Assembly: GCA_017539565.1 (NCBI GenBank)
Contig: JAFYCS010000095.1
Location: forward strand, 19,009-83,008
Length of the DNA: 64,000 bases
Direction: 5' to 3'
Origin: Lachnospiraceae bacterium
Lineage (GTDB): Bacteria > Bacillota > Clostridia > Lachnospirales > Lachnospiraceae
The notes below the pieces were generated by a model. The model searched no databases, was not told the origin of the DNA, and saw only the letters and a list, made by a program, of their open reading frames with translations. This document shows, piece by piece, positions 55,427 to 64,000 of the stretch (the stretch's first letter is position 1; each line of letters opens with the position of its first letter). The position numbers and the translations under genes were made by a program.

Positions 55427-56629
55427 TTATTTTTCCTCCACCACCTGGAAGATATAGAATTTGAGATAGTAACTGGAATCCGCTGCCCAGAGTATCGGAT
55501 GGTCAGCTGCCTGGGTACGGAATTCCACCTGACGCAGACGTTTATGTGCACCACTCGCCGCCTCACGGATGGTCTTTGCAAACAGATCCGGATCCATAAA
55601 GTGCGAACAGGAACAGCTGCAGAGATATCCCCCGTTCTTCACGAGTTTTAATCCCCGGAGGTTTATCTCTCGATATCCTTTTACGGCATTCTTTATCGAG
55701 TTACGGGATTTGGTGAATGCCGGAGGGTCCAGAATGACCACATCATATTTTTCGCCGGCAGCCTCCAGCTCCGGAAGCAGCTCAAAAACATCCGCACATC
55801 TGAACTTAACCTTATCCTCCAGTCCGTTAAGTGCGGCATTCTCCGTTGCCTGATCCACAGCAAGCTGGGATGCATCCACACCCAGTACACTTTCTGCACC
55901 GGCTATACCTGCATTCAGGGCAAAAGATCCCGTATGTGTAAAGCAGTCAAGGACCTTCTTTCCCTTACACAGCTTATGTATGGCGGCACGGTTATTCTTC
56001 TGGTCCAGGAAGAAGCCGGTCTTCTGGCCGTCTTCAACATCTACGATATAGCGCACACCGTTCTCGATGATCTCAACCTTCGTATCGAATGCGGCACCTA
56101 TAAAACCTTTGCTGCGCTCCATCCCTTCCTGCAGTCTTACTTTGGCATCACTGCGCTCGTAAACACCGCGTATAATGATCCCATCCTCAGCCAGTGCCTT
56201 TTTAAGCTCATTAACGATCACTTCTTTCCATCTGTCGATCCCCAGCGCCAGGGATTCCACTACCAGGACATCCGAGAATTTATCCACCACTATTCCCGGT
56301 AAAAAATCTGCTTCTCCGAATATTATGCGGCAGCTGCCGGTGTCTATTACTTCCTTACGGTAATTCCAGGCGTCCCTGACCCGCTGTCCTATGAACTCCT
56401 CATCTATCCTGACATCCTTTTTACGGCTCAGCATACGTACGGTGATCTTCGAATTTGTGTTAACAAATCCCTGTCCCATAAAATACCCGTCAAAGTCCAG
56501 AACATCCAGGACATCTCCGTTTTCATAACTGCCCTCAAAACGGTCGATCTCATTATCATATATCCAGGCTCCGCCGGATTTTATCGTACGGCCCTCGCCT
56601 TTCTTTAATATTACTTTTGCGCTGTTCAT
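55427..56629 (-). CDS. rlmI: Class I SAM-dependent 23S rRNA (m5C) methyltransferase, RlmI/RlmK-like (PUA + MTase)
   Basis: 400 aa. N-terminal PUA-like region, 'VLDCFTHTGSFAL' SAM motif, 'VILDPPAF'. Confidence 0.8.
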   Translation of the reverse strand: MNSAKVILKKGEGRTIKSGGAWIYDNEIDRFEGSYENGDVLDVLDFDGYFMGQGFVNTNSKITVRMLSRKKDVRIDEEFIGQRVRDAWNYRKEVIDTGSCRIIFGEADFLPGIVVDKFSDVLVVESLALGIDRWKEVIVNELKKALAEDGIIIRGVYERSDAKVRLQEGMERSKGFIGAAFDTKVEIIENGVRYIVDVEDGQKTGFFLDQKNNRAAIHKLCKGKKVLDCFTHTGSFALNAGIAGAESVLGVDASQLAVDQATENAALNGLEDKVKFRCADVFELLPELEAAGEKYDVVILDPPAFTKSRNSIKNAVKGYREINLRGLKLVKNGGYLCSCSCSHFMDPDLFAKTIREAASGAHKRLRQVEFRTQAADHPILWAADSSYYLKFYIFQVVEEK

Positions 56630-56829
56630 ATATCCTCACCATCACTGATTTATTGGCCTGTTCCCTAAGAACCCCCGGCTGTCTGCCCATTATACCACCG
56701 GACTGCCGCTTATGCCAGCAAAATGAGATTTCCGGCGATCGTATTTCTACTTATTATCTATGTATTTTAAAATTGACGCTTCCTTTTGCAGGGTGTATCA
56801 TTGAATGTGGATAATTATACCTTTGTGAG

Positions 56830-57867
56830 GTGGAACATATGAGTGACTGGATCGTAGTAGTAGATGATGACAAGACCAACCTTAAGACAGCCGGGATGAT
56901 CCTCAGCCAGAACAACATGCGTGTATCGGCATTCAAATCCGCTTTTACGCTCTTTGACTTTCTGCGTGAAGGCAGTATTCCCGATCTGATCCTGCTCGAT
57001 ATCATGATGCCCGAATGTGACGGCTTTGAAGCCCTTACGCGGATCAGATCTATCGAACGGGAACTTCATATACAGGAAATCCCCATCATCTTCCTCACTG
57101 CCAATGAAGACCTGGATGCCGAGACTAAAGGTCTTTCCCTCGGCGCTATGGATTTCATCAAAAAACCTTTCGTTCCGGATGTGCTGGTAATGCGCGTCAA
57201 ACACATCATAGAACTGGTAAGACTGGAGCGCGACCTGTCTTCACAGGTCGAGATAAAAACAAAGGAAGTGGCCGACCTGTCCCTCCAGGTAGTACAGGCC
57301 ATGGCTGATGCGGTTGATGCAAAAGACACATACACCAACGGTCATGCAAGCCGCGTTGCCAAATATTCCAGAATGATAGCCGAAAAATTCGGATACAGCG
57401 AAAAACAGCAATCCGATATATACATGATCGGCCTGCTGCACGACGTAGGCAAGATAGGCGTTCCCGACGAGGTCATCAACAAGCCGGGCCGCCTCACCGA
57501 TGAAGAGTTTGATAAGATCAAACAGCATCCCTCTGTCGGCAGCAAGATACTTGAAAATATCAAGGCCATGCCCGGGCTTTCCGTAGGTGCCCGCTCACAT
57601 CATGAACGTTATGACGGAAAAGGCTATCCTGACCGGCTTTCCGGCAATGACATCCCCGAAGAAGCCAGGATCATAGCCGTTGCAGATGCTTATGATGCAA
57701 TGAGCAGCTACCGAAGCTACAGGGATAAGCTTCCCCAGGATAAGGTCCGTTCGGAGATCGAAGCCGGTAAAGGTACCCAGTTTGATCCTGTTTTTGCGGA
57801 TATCATGCTTAAGATGATAGATGAAGATACAGATTACAGCATGAGCGAAAGAAAGGATACCACTTGA
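56830..57867 (+). CDS. Response regulator with HD-GYP c-di-GMP phosphodiesterase domain (RpfG-like)
   Basis: REC 'IVVVDDDKTNL...LILLDIMMP'; HD 'GLLHDVGKIG'; 'HHERYDGKGYPDRL' HD-GYP. Confidence 0.9.
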   Translation: MEHMSDWIVVVDDDKTNLKTAGMILSQNNMRVSAFKSAFTLFDFLREGSIPDLILLDIMMPECDGFEALTRIRSIERELHIQEIPIIFLTANEDLDAETKGLSLGAMDFIKKPFVPDVLVMRVKHIIELVRLERDLSSQVEIKTKEVADLSLQVVQAMADAVDAKDTYTNGHASRVAKYSRMIAEKFGYSEKQQSDIYMIGLLHDVGKIGVPDEVINKPGRLTDEEFDKIKQHPSVGSKILENIKAMPGLSVGARSHHERYDGKGYPDRLSGNDIPEEARIIAVADAYDAMSSYRSYRDKLPQDKVRSEIEAGKGTQFDPVFADIMLKMIDEDTDYSMSERKDTT

Positions 57868-60800
57868 TGAACATAGAAAGCTTTGTCAATGTCTTTACAC
57901 TTGTAGCAGCTGTTATCTGCCTGCTGATCAGTCTGTTCAAGTATATCGAATATCCAAAGCGGGGCTGGCTGTACATGTCAGTATTTTTTCTTGCGGACAT
58001 TTTAAGTGATTACTACTGGACAACTTATATGCTCGTAATGCATGATTCCCCGGATGTTTCGGAGCTAATGGCTTATTTCGGATGGAATGTTGCATTTCTT
58101 ATACTGTTCATTGCCGTACTCAACTTACGCCCGGAAGGTGCCAGACGGTATTTTAACCCTCTGATGCTTTTACCGATCCCGCTCACTGTCTGGCAGTTTT
58201 CAATCTATATCCAATACGGCGGTCTGTTCAACAACATTTGGCAATGCGGTTTTACCACGGCTATCGCTGTCTTATGTATGCAGGTTATCCTGTATTATCA
58301 CAAGAACAAAAAAAACGGAGCTCATTTTCCTCACCTGCATGTAGTCATCCTTTTTTACATAATCTCCCAGTACGTTTCCTGGACAAGCTCCTGTTTCGAC
58401 TGGAACAGCGATCTGGAAGATCCTTATTACTACGCCTCTGTGGCCGGCTATATTTTGATGCTTTTCTTTTCACATGCAGTCAGCAGGGATTACAAGGCTG
58501 AAGGCTATACTTCTCCGGAAAAAGATGCGGCAGAGATAAAGACTCATATCGCTCTGCAGGTAATAGTATCCCTGATCATAATAGGCTGCTGTGCCGGCGG
58601 TTTTTATCTTGCGATCTGGATGAAACGTTCCCTGCCGGAGGATACGTCATCATACGGTATCATAGCCGTAGTTCTGTTCCTGATATCCATTTTCCTTGCA
58701 TTCCTTATACTGGCTGTCATCTATCTGATAGCTTCGCGCTATAAGAACCGGGAAGAAACGGACCAAAAACACTCTTACGTAAAGCGCAACAGGTTCAACC
58801 TGATCTTTACCATAGTTGTTACATTTATACTTATGGTATTTGCGGTAGTATACAATTCCACGATCTATTACCGTGCGTCTGTATCAAGTATCTATGATTC
58901 CGGCGAAGATAAGACTGCCACGACTACCACCGCTCTTGAAAACTACCTTACCAAGGCCATATCCACCCTTAAGGTTACTGCCGACTCCATAGAACTGATG
59001 ATAAACAACGGCGATCCCAGTGACCGGATCCTTGATTATATCCTGGATCAGACTGAAATGCAGAAAAGTGAGCTGGATGAAAACTTCACCGGTCTTTATG
59101 CCTATGTAGACGGGGAATATATGGACGGTCTGGGATGGGTACCTCCGGAAGACTATAACGCGGTAGAAAGAAGCTGGTATCAGGCCGCTGTAGAAGCCGA
59201 CGGAAAGACTATCATAGTCTCTCCCTATGTGGATGCACAGACCAATTCTGTAGTCATAACCATAACCAAAATGCTCTCCAGCACCGGATCGGACGGTTAT
59301 CCGAATGTAGTATCACTGGATGTTATCGTAAATCATATTCAGGAAACCATCGAGTCCGTATCCCTCGGAAATAAAGGCTATGCCCTTATAGTAAATGATG
59401 ACGGTTTCATCGTTTCCCATAAAGACAGAGATCTTTTCGGAAAGAACTTTAATGACATATACGGAAGCGAACTGCTCAATACCATTATCGAAACCGATTC
59501 CGGACGACTGGATGCCGTGGTCGATGACACCGAATCCACACTGTTTATCAGCCCGGTCATGGATCAATGGCATGTTGTAGTTGTAGTCAGCAATCCCGAG
59601 CTTTTTGAAAATGTATACTCACAGCTCACCTTCAACATACTGGTATCATTTGTGATCTTCGCACTGATCACCTTCTTTTATTACATAGGCTATATGAACG
59701 AACAGGCTTCCAGCCGTAAGATGGAGGAAATGAGCGCCAGCAGACAGAAACAGGAGTATGAGGCAGAGGTCTTAAGACTTGAGAAGCGCTCTGCTGACGA
59801 AGCCAACAAGGCAAAAAGTAAGTTCCTGGCAGATATGTCCCACGAGATCCGTACTCCCATAAATGCAATACTTGGCATGAATGAGATGGTACTGCGCGAA
59901 GCAGAAAATAAAAATCTTCAGGAATATGCAAGAAATATAGAAATCTCCGGAAAAAACCTGTTGCAGCTCATAAACAGCATACTCGACTTTTCAAAGATAG
60001 AAGACGGTAAAATGGAGATCATACCTGTCACCTACAGTGTAAGTGCACTGATAACCTATCTTCTGAATTCCATACAGGAAAGAGCAGATTCAAAAGGTCT
60101 GGATTTTAATGTGGATATAGACCCTGAGATCCCTTCCGAATTATACGGCGATGATACACGTATAAACCAGATCATCCTGAATCTCCTCACCAATGCTGTG
60201 AAGTATACACAGGAAGGCTCTGTAGTCCTGAGTATGAAGCTGCGTGAGAAAAAAGATAACAAAGCACTGATCTACGTAGAGGTAAAGGATACCGGTATCG
60301 GGATTAAGGAAAGTGATATGGAGCGTCTCTTCGAATCCTTCGAGCGTCTTGATGAGGTCCGTAACCGCAACATAGAAGGTACGGGACTTGGCATATCCAT
60401 TACTACAAATCTGTTAAAGCTTATGGATAGTGAACTCAAGGTAGAAAGCACATATGGAAAAGGTTCCGTTTTCTCATTTGAACTGTGGCAGAAGATCATC
60501 GTAGATGAACCGCTTGGCGATTACAGCGCTCCTACCGTAGAGGTTCAGGAATCCTATCATGAATCATTCCACGCTCCGTCAGCTTATATACTTATCGTTG
60601 ATGATACAAAGATGAATATAACTGTAGCCGTAAATCTTCTAAAAAAAACCGGCATACGCATAGATACAGCCACCAGCGGAGATGACGCTATAAGCCTGTG
60701 TGATAAGAACAAATACGATCTGATCCTCATGGATCAGCGCATGCCTAAGATGAACGGTACACAGGCACTGGCACATATAAGAGAACTGGAAAGCGGAAAG

Positions 60801-61466
60801 AATAAGGATAATCCTGTGATCTGCCTTACAGCCGATGCCATCAGAGGTGCAAGAGAACGTTATATCGCAGAAGGATTTACGGATTATCTTACCAAGCCTA
60901 TAGACGGCCGTTCCCTTGAACGCGCGCTGAGCACCTATCTTCCTAAAGATAAGATAATAACGGTCTCCTCTGACCATGATGTTCCTTCCGGTAATGAATC
61001 ATCCGGTAACGAAAACTCTGCGGATAATACATCATCCGCCGGCGAGAACCCTATATTCGCCGCCCTCAGGGAAGCCGGTGTGGACACAAAAAGCGGTATG
61101 AGCTTCTGTGGCAATTCTGAAGAAGCCTATATCAGTATACTTTCCGAATATGCTTCGGAACATGAAACACGCAGCAAAAGCATTAAAGAATACTATAACA
61201 AAAAACAATGGGAAGATTACTCGATATATGTACACTCACTTAAGAGCACTTCAAAGACTATAGGCGCGAAGGATCTTTCGGAAGCGGCTGCCGCACTCGA
61301 GGCCGCATCCTCCCGTAAAGATGAAGATGCTGTCAATAAAGATCATGACAGAGCCATTAAAATGTATGATGATATTGCTGCAGCGATCCGCAGCAATATC
61401 AAAGTTTCCGATGACGATGATGATGATTATGATATCCTTGAATTTGCACCGGTAAACAATGATTAG
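57864..61466 (+). CDS. Hybrid sensor histidine kinase (7TM-type N-terminal domain, Cache-like periplasmic domain, HisKA, HATPase_c, REC, C-terminal Hpt)
   Basis: 1200 aa. 'MSHEIRTPINAILGM' H-box; 'DTGIGIKESD', 'GTGLGISI'; REC 'ILIVDDTKMN...LILMDQRMPKMNG'; Hpt 'HSLKSTSKTIGA'. 4-nt overlap with the HD-GYP regulator gene. Confidence 0.9.
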   Translation: MMNIESFVNVFTLVAAVICLLISLFKYIEYPKRGWLYMSVFFLADILSDYYWTTYMLVMHDSPDVSELMAYFGWNVAFLILFIAVLNLRPEGARRYFNPLMLLPIPLTVWQFSIYIQYGGLFNNIWQCGFTTAIAVLCMQVILYYHKNKKNGAHFPHLHVVILFYIISQYVSWTSSCFDWNSDLEDPYYYASVAGYILMLFFSHAVSRDYKAEGYTSPEKDAAEIKTHIALQVIVSLIIIGCCAGGFYLAIWMKRSLPEDTSSYGIIAVVLFLISIFLAFLILAVIYLIASRYKNREETDQKHSYVKRNRFNLIFTIVVTFILMVFAVVYNSTIYYRASVSSIYDSGEDKTATTTTALENYLTKAISTLKVTADSIELMINNGDPSDRILDYILDQTEMQKSELDENFTGLYAYVDGEYMDGLGWVPPEDYNAVERSWYQAAVEADGKTIIVSPYVDAQTNSVVITITKMLSSTGSDGYPNVVSLDVIVNHIQETIESVSLGNKGYALIVNDDGFIVSHKDRDLFGKNFNDIYGSELLNTIIETDSGRLDAVVDDTESTLFISPVMDQWHVVVVVSNPELFENVYSQLTFNILVSFVIFALITFFYYIGYMNEQASSRKMEEMSASRQKQEYEAEVLRLEKRSADEANKAKSKFLADMSHEIRTPINAILGMNEMVLREAENKNLQEYARNIEISGKNLLQLINSILDFSKIEDGKMEIIPVTYSVSALITYLLNSIQERADSKGLDFNVDIDPEIPSELYGDDTRINQIILNLLTNAVKYTQEGSVVLSMKLREKKDNKALIYVEVKDTGIGIKESDMERLFESFERLDEVRNRNIEGTGLGISITTNLLKLMDSELKVESTYGKGSVFSFELWQKIIVDEPLGDYSAPTVEVQESYHESFHAPSAYILIVDDTKMNITVAVNLLKKTGIRIDTATSGDDAISLCDKNKYDLILMDQRMPKMNGTQALAHIRELESGKNKDNPVICLTADAIRGARERYIAEGFTDYLTKPIDGRSLERALSTYLPKDKIITVSSDHDVPSGNESSGNENSADNTSSAGENPIFAALREAGVDTKSGMSFCGNSEEAYISILSEYASEHETRSKSIKEYYNKKQWEDYSIYVHSLKSTSKTIGAKDLSEAAAALEAASSRKDEDAVNKDHDRAIKMYDDIAAAIRSNIKVSDDDDDDYDILEFAPVNND

Positions 61467-62152
61467 AATTCAAATGTCTTAAGAAATCTCTTTGCCCTGT
61501 CGGTATGCGGCGCATCAAAAAATTCACGGGGGAGGGTATCTTCAACGATCTCTCCTCCGTCAAGAAATATCACCCTGTCAGCTATAGCTCTTGCAAAAGC
61601 CATTTCATGCGTAACTATCAGCATAGTCTTATCCTGTTTTGCCAGATCAAGGATAACGTCCAGAACTTCCCTTACCATCTCGGGATCCAGGGCAGCTGTC
61701 ACTTCATCAAACAAAAGTATCTCCGGATGCATGATAAGCGCCCTTACTATAGCTACCCTCTGTTTCTGTCCGCCGGAAAGCTGTCTGGGATAATTATCTT
61801 TCTTTGAGGAAAGCCCTACTCTTTCAAGCAATTGCAGCGCCTCTGTTTTAACCTCGTCCTTTTTCCTTTTCTGTACTTTTATGGGAGCCAGCATCAGATT
61901 CTGCAATACGCTCATATGCGGAAACAGTTCATAGCTCTGAAAGACCATACCGGTCTTTCCCTGTATATCCACCTTTCCGTCATTAATACCCTCCAAACCG
62001 TTGATGCAGCGCAGCAGCGTACTCTTACCGCAGCCGGAAGGTCCGACTATCACTATGACCTCTCCCTTTTTGACAGTAAAGCTTATGTCGTTGAGTACGG
62101 TGATATCATCATATTTTTTGGTAAGGTGTTCTATTTTCAAAATCTCGTCCAT
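61463..62152 (-). CDS. Polar amino-acid ABC transporter ATP-binding protein (GlnQ/HisP-like)
   Basis: 'GPSGCGKSTLLR', 'LSGGQKQRVAIVRAL', 'ILLFDEVTAALD'. Start taken at 'MDEILKIEHL'; the longest ORF extends to 62218. Confidence 0.85.
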   Translation of the reverse strand: MDEILKIEHLTKKYDDITVLNDISFTVKKGEVIVIVGPSGCGKSTLLRCINGLEGINDGKVDIQGKTGMVFQSYELFPHMSVLQNLMLAPIKVQKRKKDEVKTEALQLLERVGLSSKKDNYPRQLSGGQKQRVAIVRALIMHPEILLFDEVTAALDPEMVREVLDVILDLAKQDKTMLIVTHEMAFARAIADRVIFLDGGEIVEDTLPREFFDAPHTDRAKRFLKTFEF

Positions 62153-62849
62153 TGTATGCCTCCAGATATAATAAGATTCTTCTCCAGATATTTCGAAAGG
62201 CAGCTTACAGGCCAGCATGCCAGAAAGTATAAGAGAAAGATTGCCGCGAATACTCCGAAAGCCGCATGCGGCGAACTCTTTCTGTTGGCCTCAATTATCT
62301 GCTGTCCTACCTTAAGCACTTCTACTATACCGATCATCATGACCAGACTGGTGGTCTTTATCATCCTGGTAATGAGATTGATAGATAAGGGTATAAGCCT
62401 TCGTATTATCTGCGGTATGATGATATATATATATATGTCTGCAGTTTTGAAAAGCCAAGGGCTTTACTGCTCTCATACTGTATCGCAGGTATACTTAAGA
62501 GGCAGCCTCTGACCAGATCAGCCATCTCTGCCGTTCCCCAGAAGGAAAACACTATGACAGACGAAAGCTCTGCAGAGATATTTTTTCCTGTCATCTTAGT
62601 AAATCCGAAGAAAACAATAAACAGCAGGACCATCTGCGGCATTATCCTTACTATCTCCAGATAAACTCTTGTGACTGCATTTATCACAGGTTTTTTAAGA
62701 GACATTAACATCCCCAGTATAAGACCCAGGAATATGCTGATGATCACGGATATCAGGCTGATCTTAAGTGCTGCACCAAGTCCCTCAAAAAGACGTATAA
62801 GATTTTTACCTTTTAATAAAACTTCAAATCCCATACCTTCAGTCTCCAA
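62137..62849 (-). pseudogene. Polar amino-acid ABC permease interrupted by a frameshift at a (TA)7 dinucleotide repeat (two ORF fragments, 62406-62849 and 62137-62364)
   Basis: Frame 1 reads '...ALGFSKLQTYIYISSYRR*'; frame -1 continues with the expected '...IIPQIIRRLIPLSINLITRMIKTTSLVMMIGIVEV' permease signature. Deleting 2 nt or adding 1 nt in the repeat restores a single ORF. Confidence 0.6.
62423..62436. repeat. (AT)7 dinucleotide microsatellite at the frameshift site
   Basis: Seen directly in the sequence. Confidence 0.9.
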
Positions 62850-63498
62850 ACATCTTAAAACGTGTTTTCTTCTCTATAATGCTGCCTGCAAAGGATACAG
62901 GCAGAAGCATCAGTATATAGAATACTACCAGTAAAAACAGGCTCTCTGTTGTATCGTAATATAATCCTATCAGATCCTTAGCGGTAAACATCAGATCCAT
63001 CAGGCTTATGGCAGAAAATACACTGGTTTCTTTAAGCAGGAATATCACATTGGCAATCAGGCCCGGAATACTTATCGTAAAAGCCTGCGGGAGTATGATA
63101 TCAAGGAATATCTGTTTCTTTGTAAATCCAAGTGATACAGCGCTTTCCTTCTGTATCTGCGGTACCGCTTCAAGGCCGCTTCTTATACTCTCAGTCATAT
63201 AGCTGCCGCCCAGAAGTCCCAGTCCAAGCACTCCGCAGAATTCTGCACTCGTCCTTATACCCAGCGCCGGCAGTCCGTAATATATGAAAAACAGCTGTAC
63301 CAGCAGCGGTGTATTACGAAACAGCTCAACATAGCATTTTATTACCGCCGATAATAAGGGGAATTTAAAGTACAGTACAAAAGCTCCTGCTATTCCCAGC
63401 AAGAATGCCAGAAGCACTCCTAACCAGCCTGTCTTTAAGGTAAGCAGGAAAGCTTTTGCAAATATGGGGATGTATTTACTTATGACCCCTGTATCCAT
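62839..63498 (-). CDS. Polar amino-acid ABC transporter permease (HisQ/GlnP-like)
   Basis: 219 aa. 'RNTPLLVQLFFIYYGLPALG', 'ESAVSLGFTKKQIF' EAA-loop region. Confidence 0.85.
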   Translation of the reverse strand: MDTGVISKYIPIFAKAFLLTLKTGWLGVLLAFLLGIAGAFVLYFKFPLLSAVIKCYVELFRNTPLLVQLFFIYYGLPALGIRTSAEFCGVLGLGLLGGSYMTESIRSGLEAVPQIQKESAVSLGFTKKQIFLDIILPQAFTISIPGLIANVIFLLKETSVFSAISLMDLMFTAKDLIGLYYDTTESLFLLVVFYILMLLPVSFAGSIIEKKTRFKMFGD

Positions 63499-63507
63499 GT
63501 CTTCTTC

Positions 63508-64000
63508 CTATCGCTTTCTGTGATCAATATGTCTTGCAAATCCGGCTCCCACATGCTGTATTATCTGGAAGATAATTATCAGCAGAAGAACCGTTACGAT
63601 CATTATGTCTGTCTGCCATCTGTAGTAACCGTATCTGACGGCGATATCTCCCAGTCCGCCGCCGCCTACGGTCCCGCTCATTGCAGAATATCCAAGCAGT
63701 ATACCTGTCGTGATGGTAGCTCCGTTAAATAAAGAAACTCTTGCTTCAACCAGCAGTACTTTAAAAATTATCTGCAGATCACTGGCTCCCATTGCCCGTG
63801 CCGCTTCTATAACACCGGCATCCACTTCGTTAAGGGAAGCCTCAACCACACGTGCTATATAGGGAGCAGCGCATATCACAAGCGGTACTATGGTCGCTGT
63901 TGATCCGTAACTCTGACCCACAAGAAATCTTGTGAATGGTATAAGCAGTATCAGCAGTATCAAAAAAGGAACACTTCTGACAATGTTGCATATAAAGTCT
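63508..64000 (-). CDS. metI: Methionine ABC transporter permease MetI-like; C-terminal part only, gene runs off the window end
   Basis: C-terminus 'AMSGTVGGGGLGDIAVRYGYYRWQTDIMIVTVLLLIIIFQIIQ' is the characteristic MetI end. Confidence 0.65.
   Translation of the reverse strand, partial: DFICNIVRSVPFLILLILLIPFTRFLVGQSYGSTATIVPLVICAAPYIARVVEASLNEVDAGVIEAARAMGASDLQIIFKVLLVEARVSLFNGATITTGILLGYSAMSGTVGGGGLGDIAVRYGYYRWQTDIMIVTVLLLIIIFQIIQHVGAGFARHIDHRKR

Noticed and set aside
1-64000. Searched for CRISPR arrays, tRNA/rRNA genes, IS elements, integrases, toxin-antitoxin pairs and prophage genes
   Set aside because: No regularly spaced direct repeats, no cloverleaf-like conserved tRNA segments and no transposase/integrase/phage-structural-like ORFs were recognised. 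The only direct repeats found (motifs R and M) are short promoter-associated elements, reported as findings.

Overview
This 64-kb window reads as a chromosomal segment of a low-GC, Firmicutes/Clostridia-type anaerobe, probably a Lachnospiraceae- or Ruminococcaceae-like gut or rumen organism; that is an inference from gene content, not a database result. Most of the sequence is densely packed, mostly minus-strand coding.

Conserved housekeeping genes are present: pgi, the dnaX-ybaB-recR operon, pfk, rsmA/ksgA, murG, ugd, an RlmI-like rRNA methyltransferase and galM. Between them sit signalling and cell-surface islands:
(1) an [FeFe]-hydrogenase-like H-cluster domain fused to a methyl-accepting chemotaxis signalling domain;
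(2) a five-gene operon of a zinc-ribbon membrane protein, an OmpR-type response regulator, an ABC ATPase, an ABC-2 permease and a histidine kinase (peptide-antibiotic sensing/efflux-like);
(3) a translationally coupled pair of a pRiA4-ORF3-like 545-aa protein and an 1109-aa SWIM-SNF2 helicase;
(4) a five-gene coupled operon of a DEDDh exonuclease, an apparently active EAL protein, a degenerate EAL protein, a rhomboid protease and a flavodoxin/SCP2 protein;
(5) a family of four paralogous secreted surface proteins, one of 2151 aa, that share a recurring 'WVGxxQVTxxNKDNI' module plus Listeria-Bacteroides and Big_2 repeats. They flank a three-component sensory module (pseudo-kinase membrane sensor, HisKA_3 kinase, LuxR-type regulator), and two distinct conserved cis motifs are shared between the module's promoters and the surface-protein promoters, suggesting a regulon;
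(6) a REC-HD-GYP protein followed by a 1200-aa hybrid kinase with an Hpt domain;
(7) amino-acid ABC transporter genes, one permease being disrupted at a (TA)7 dinucleotide repeat.

No rRNA or tRNA genes, CRISPR arrays, transposases or integrases were recognised.
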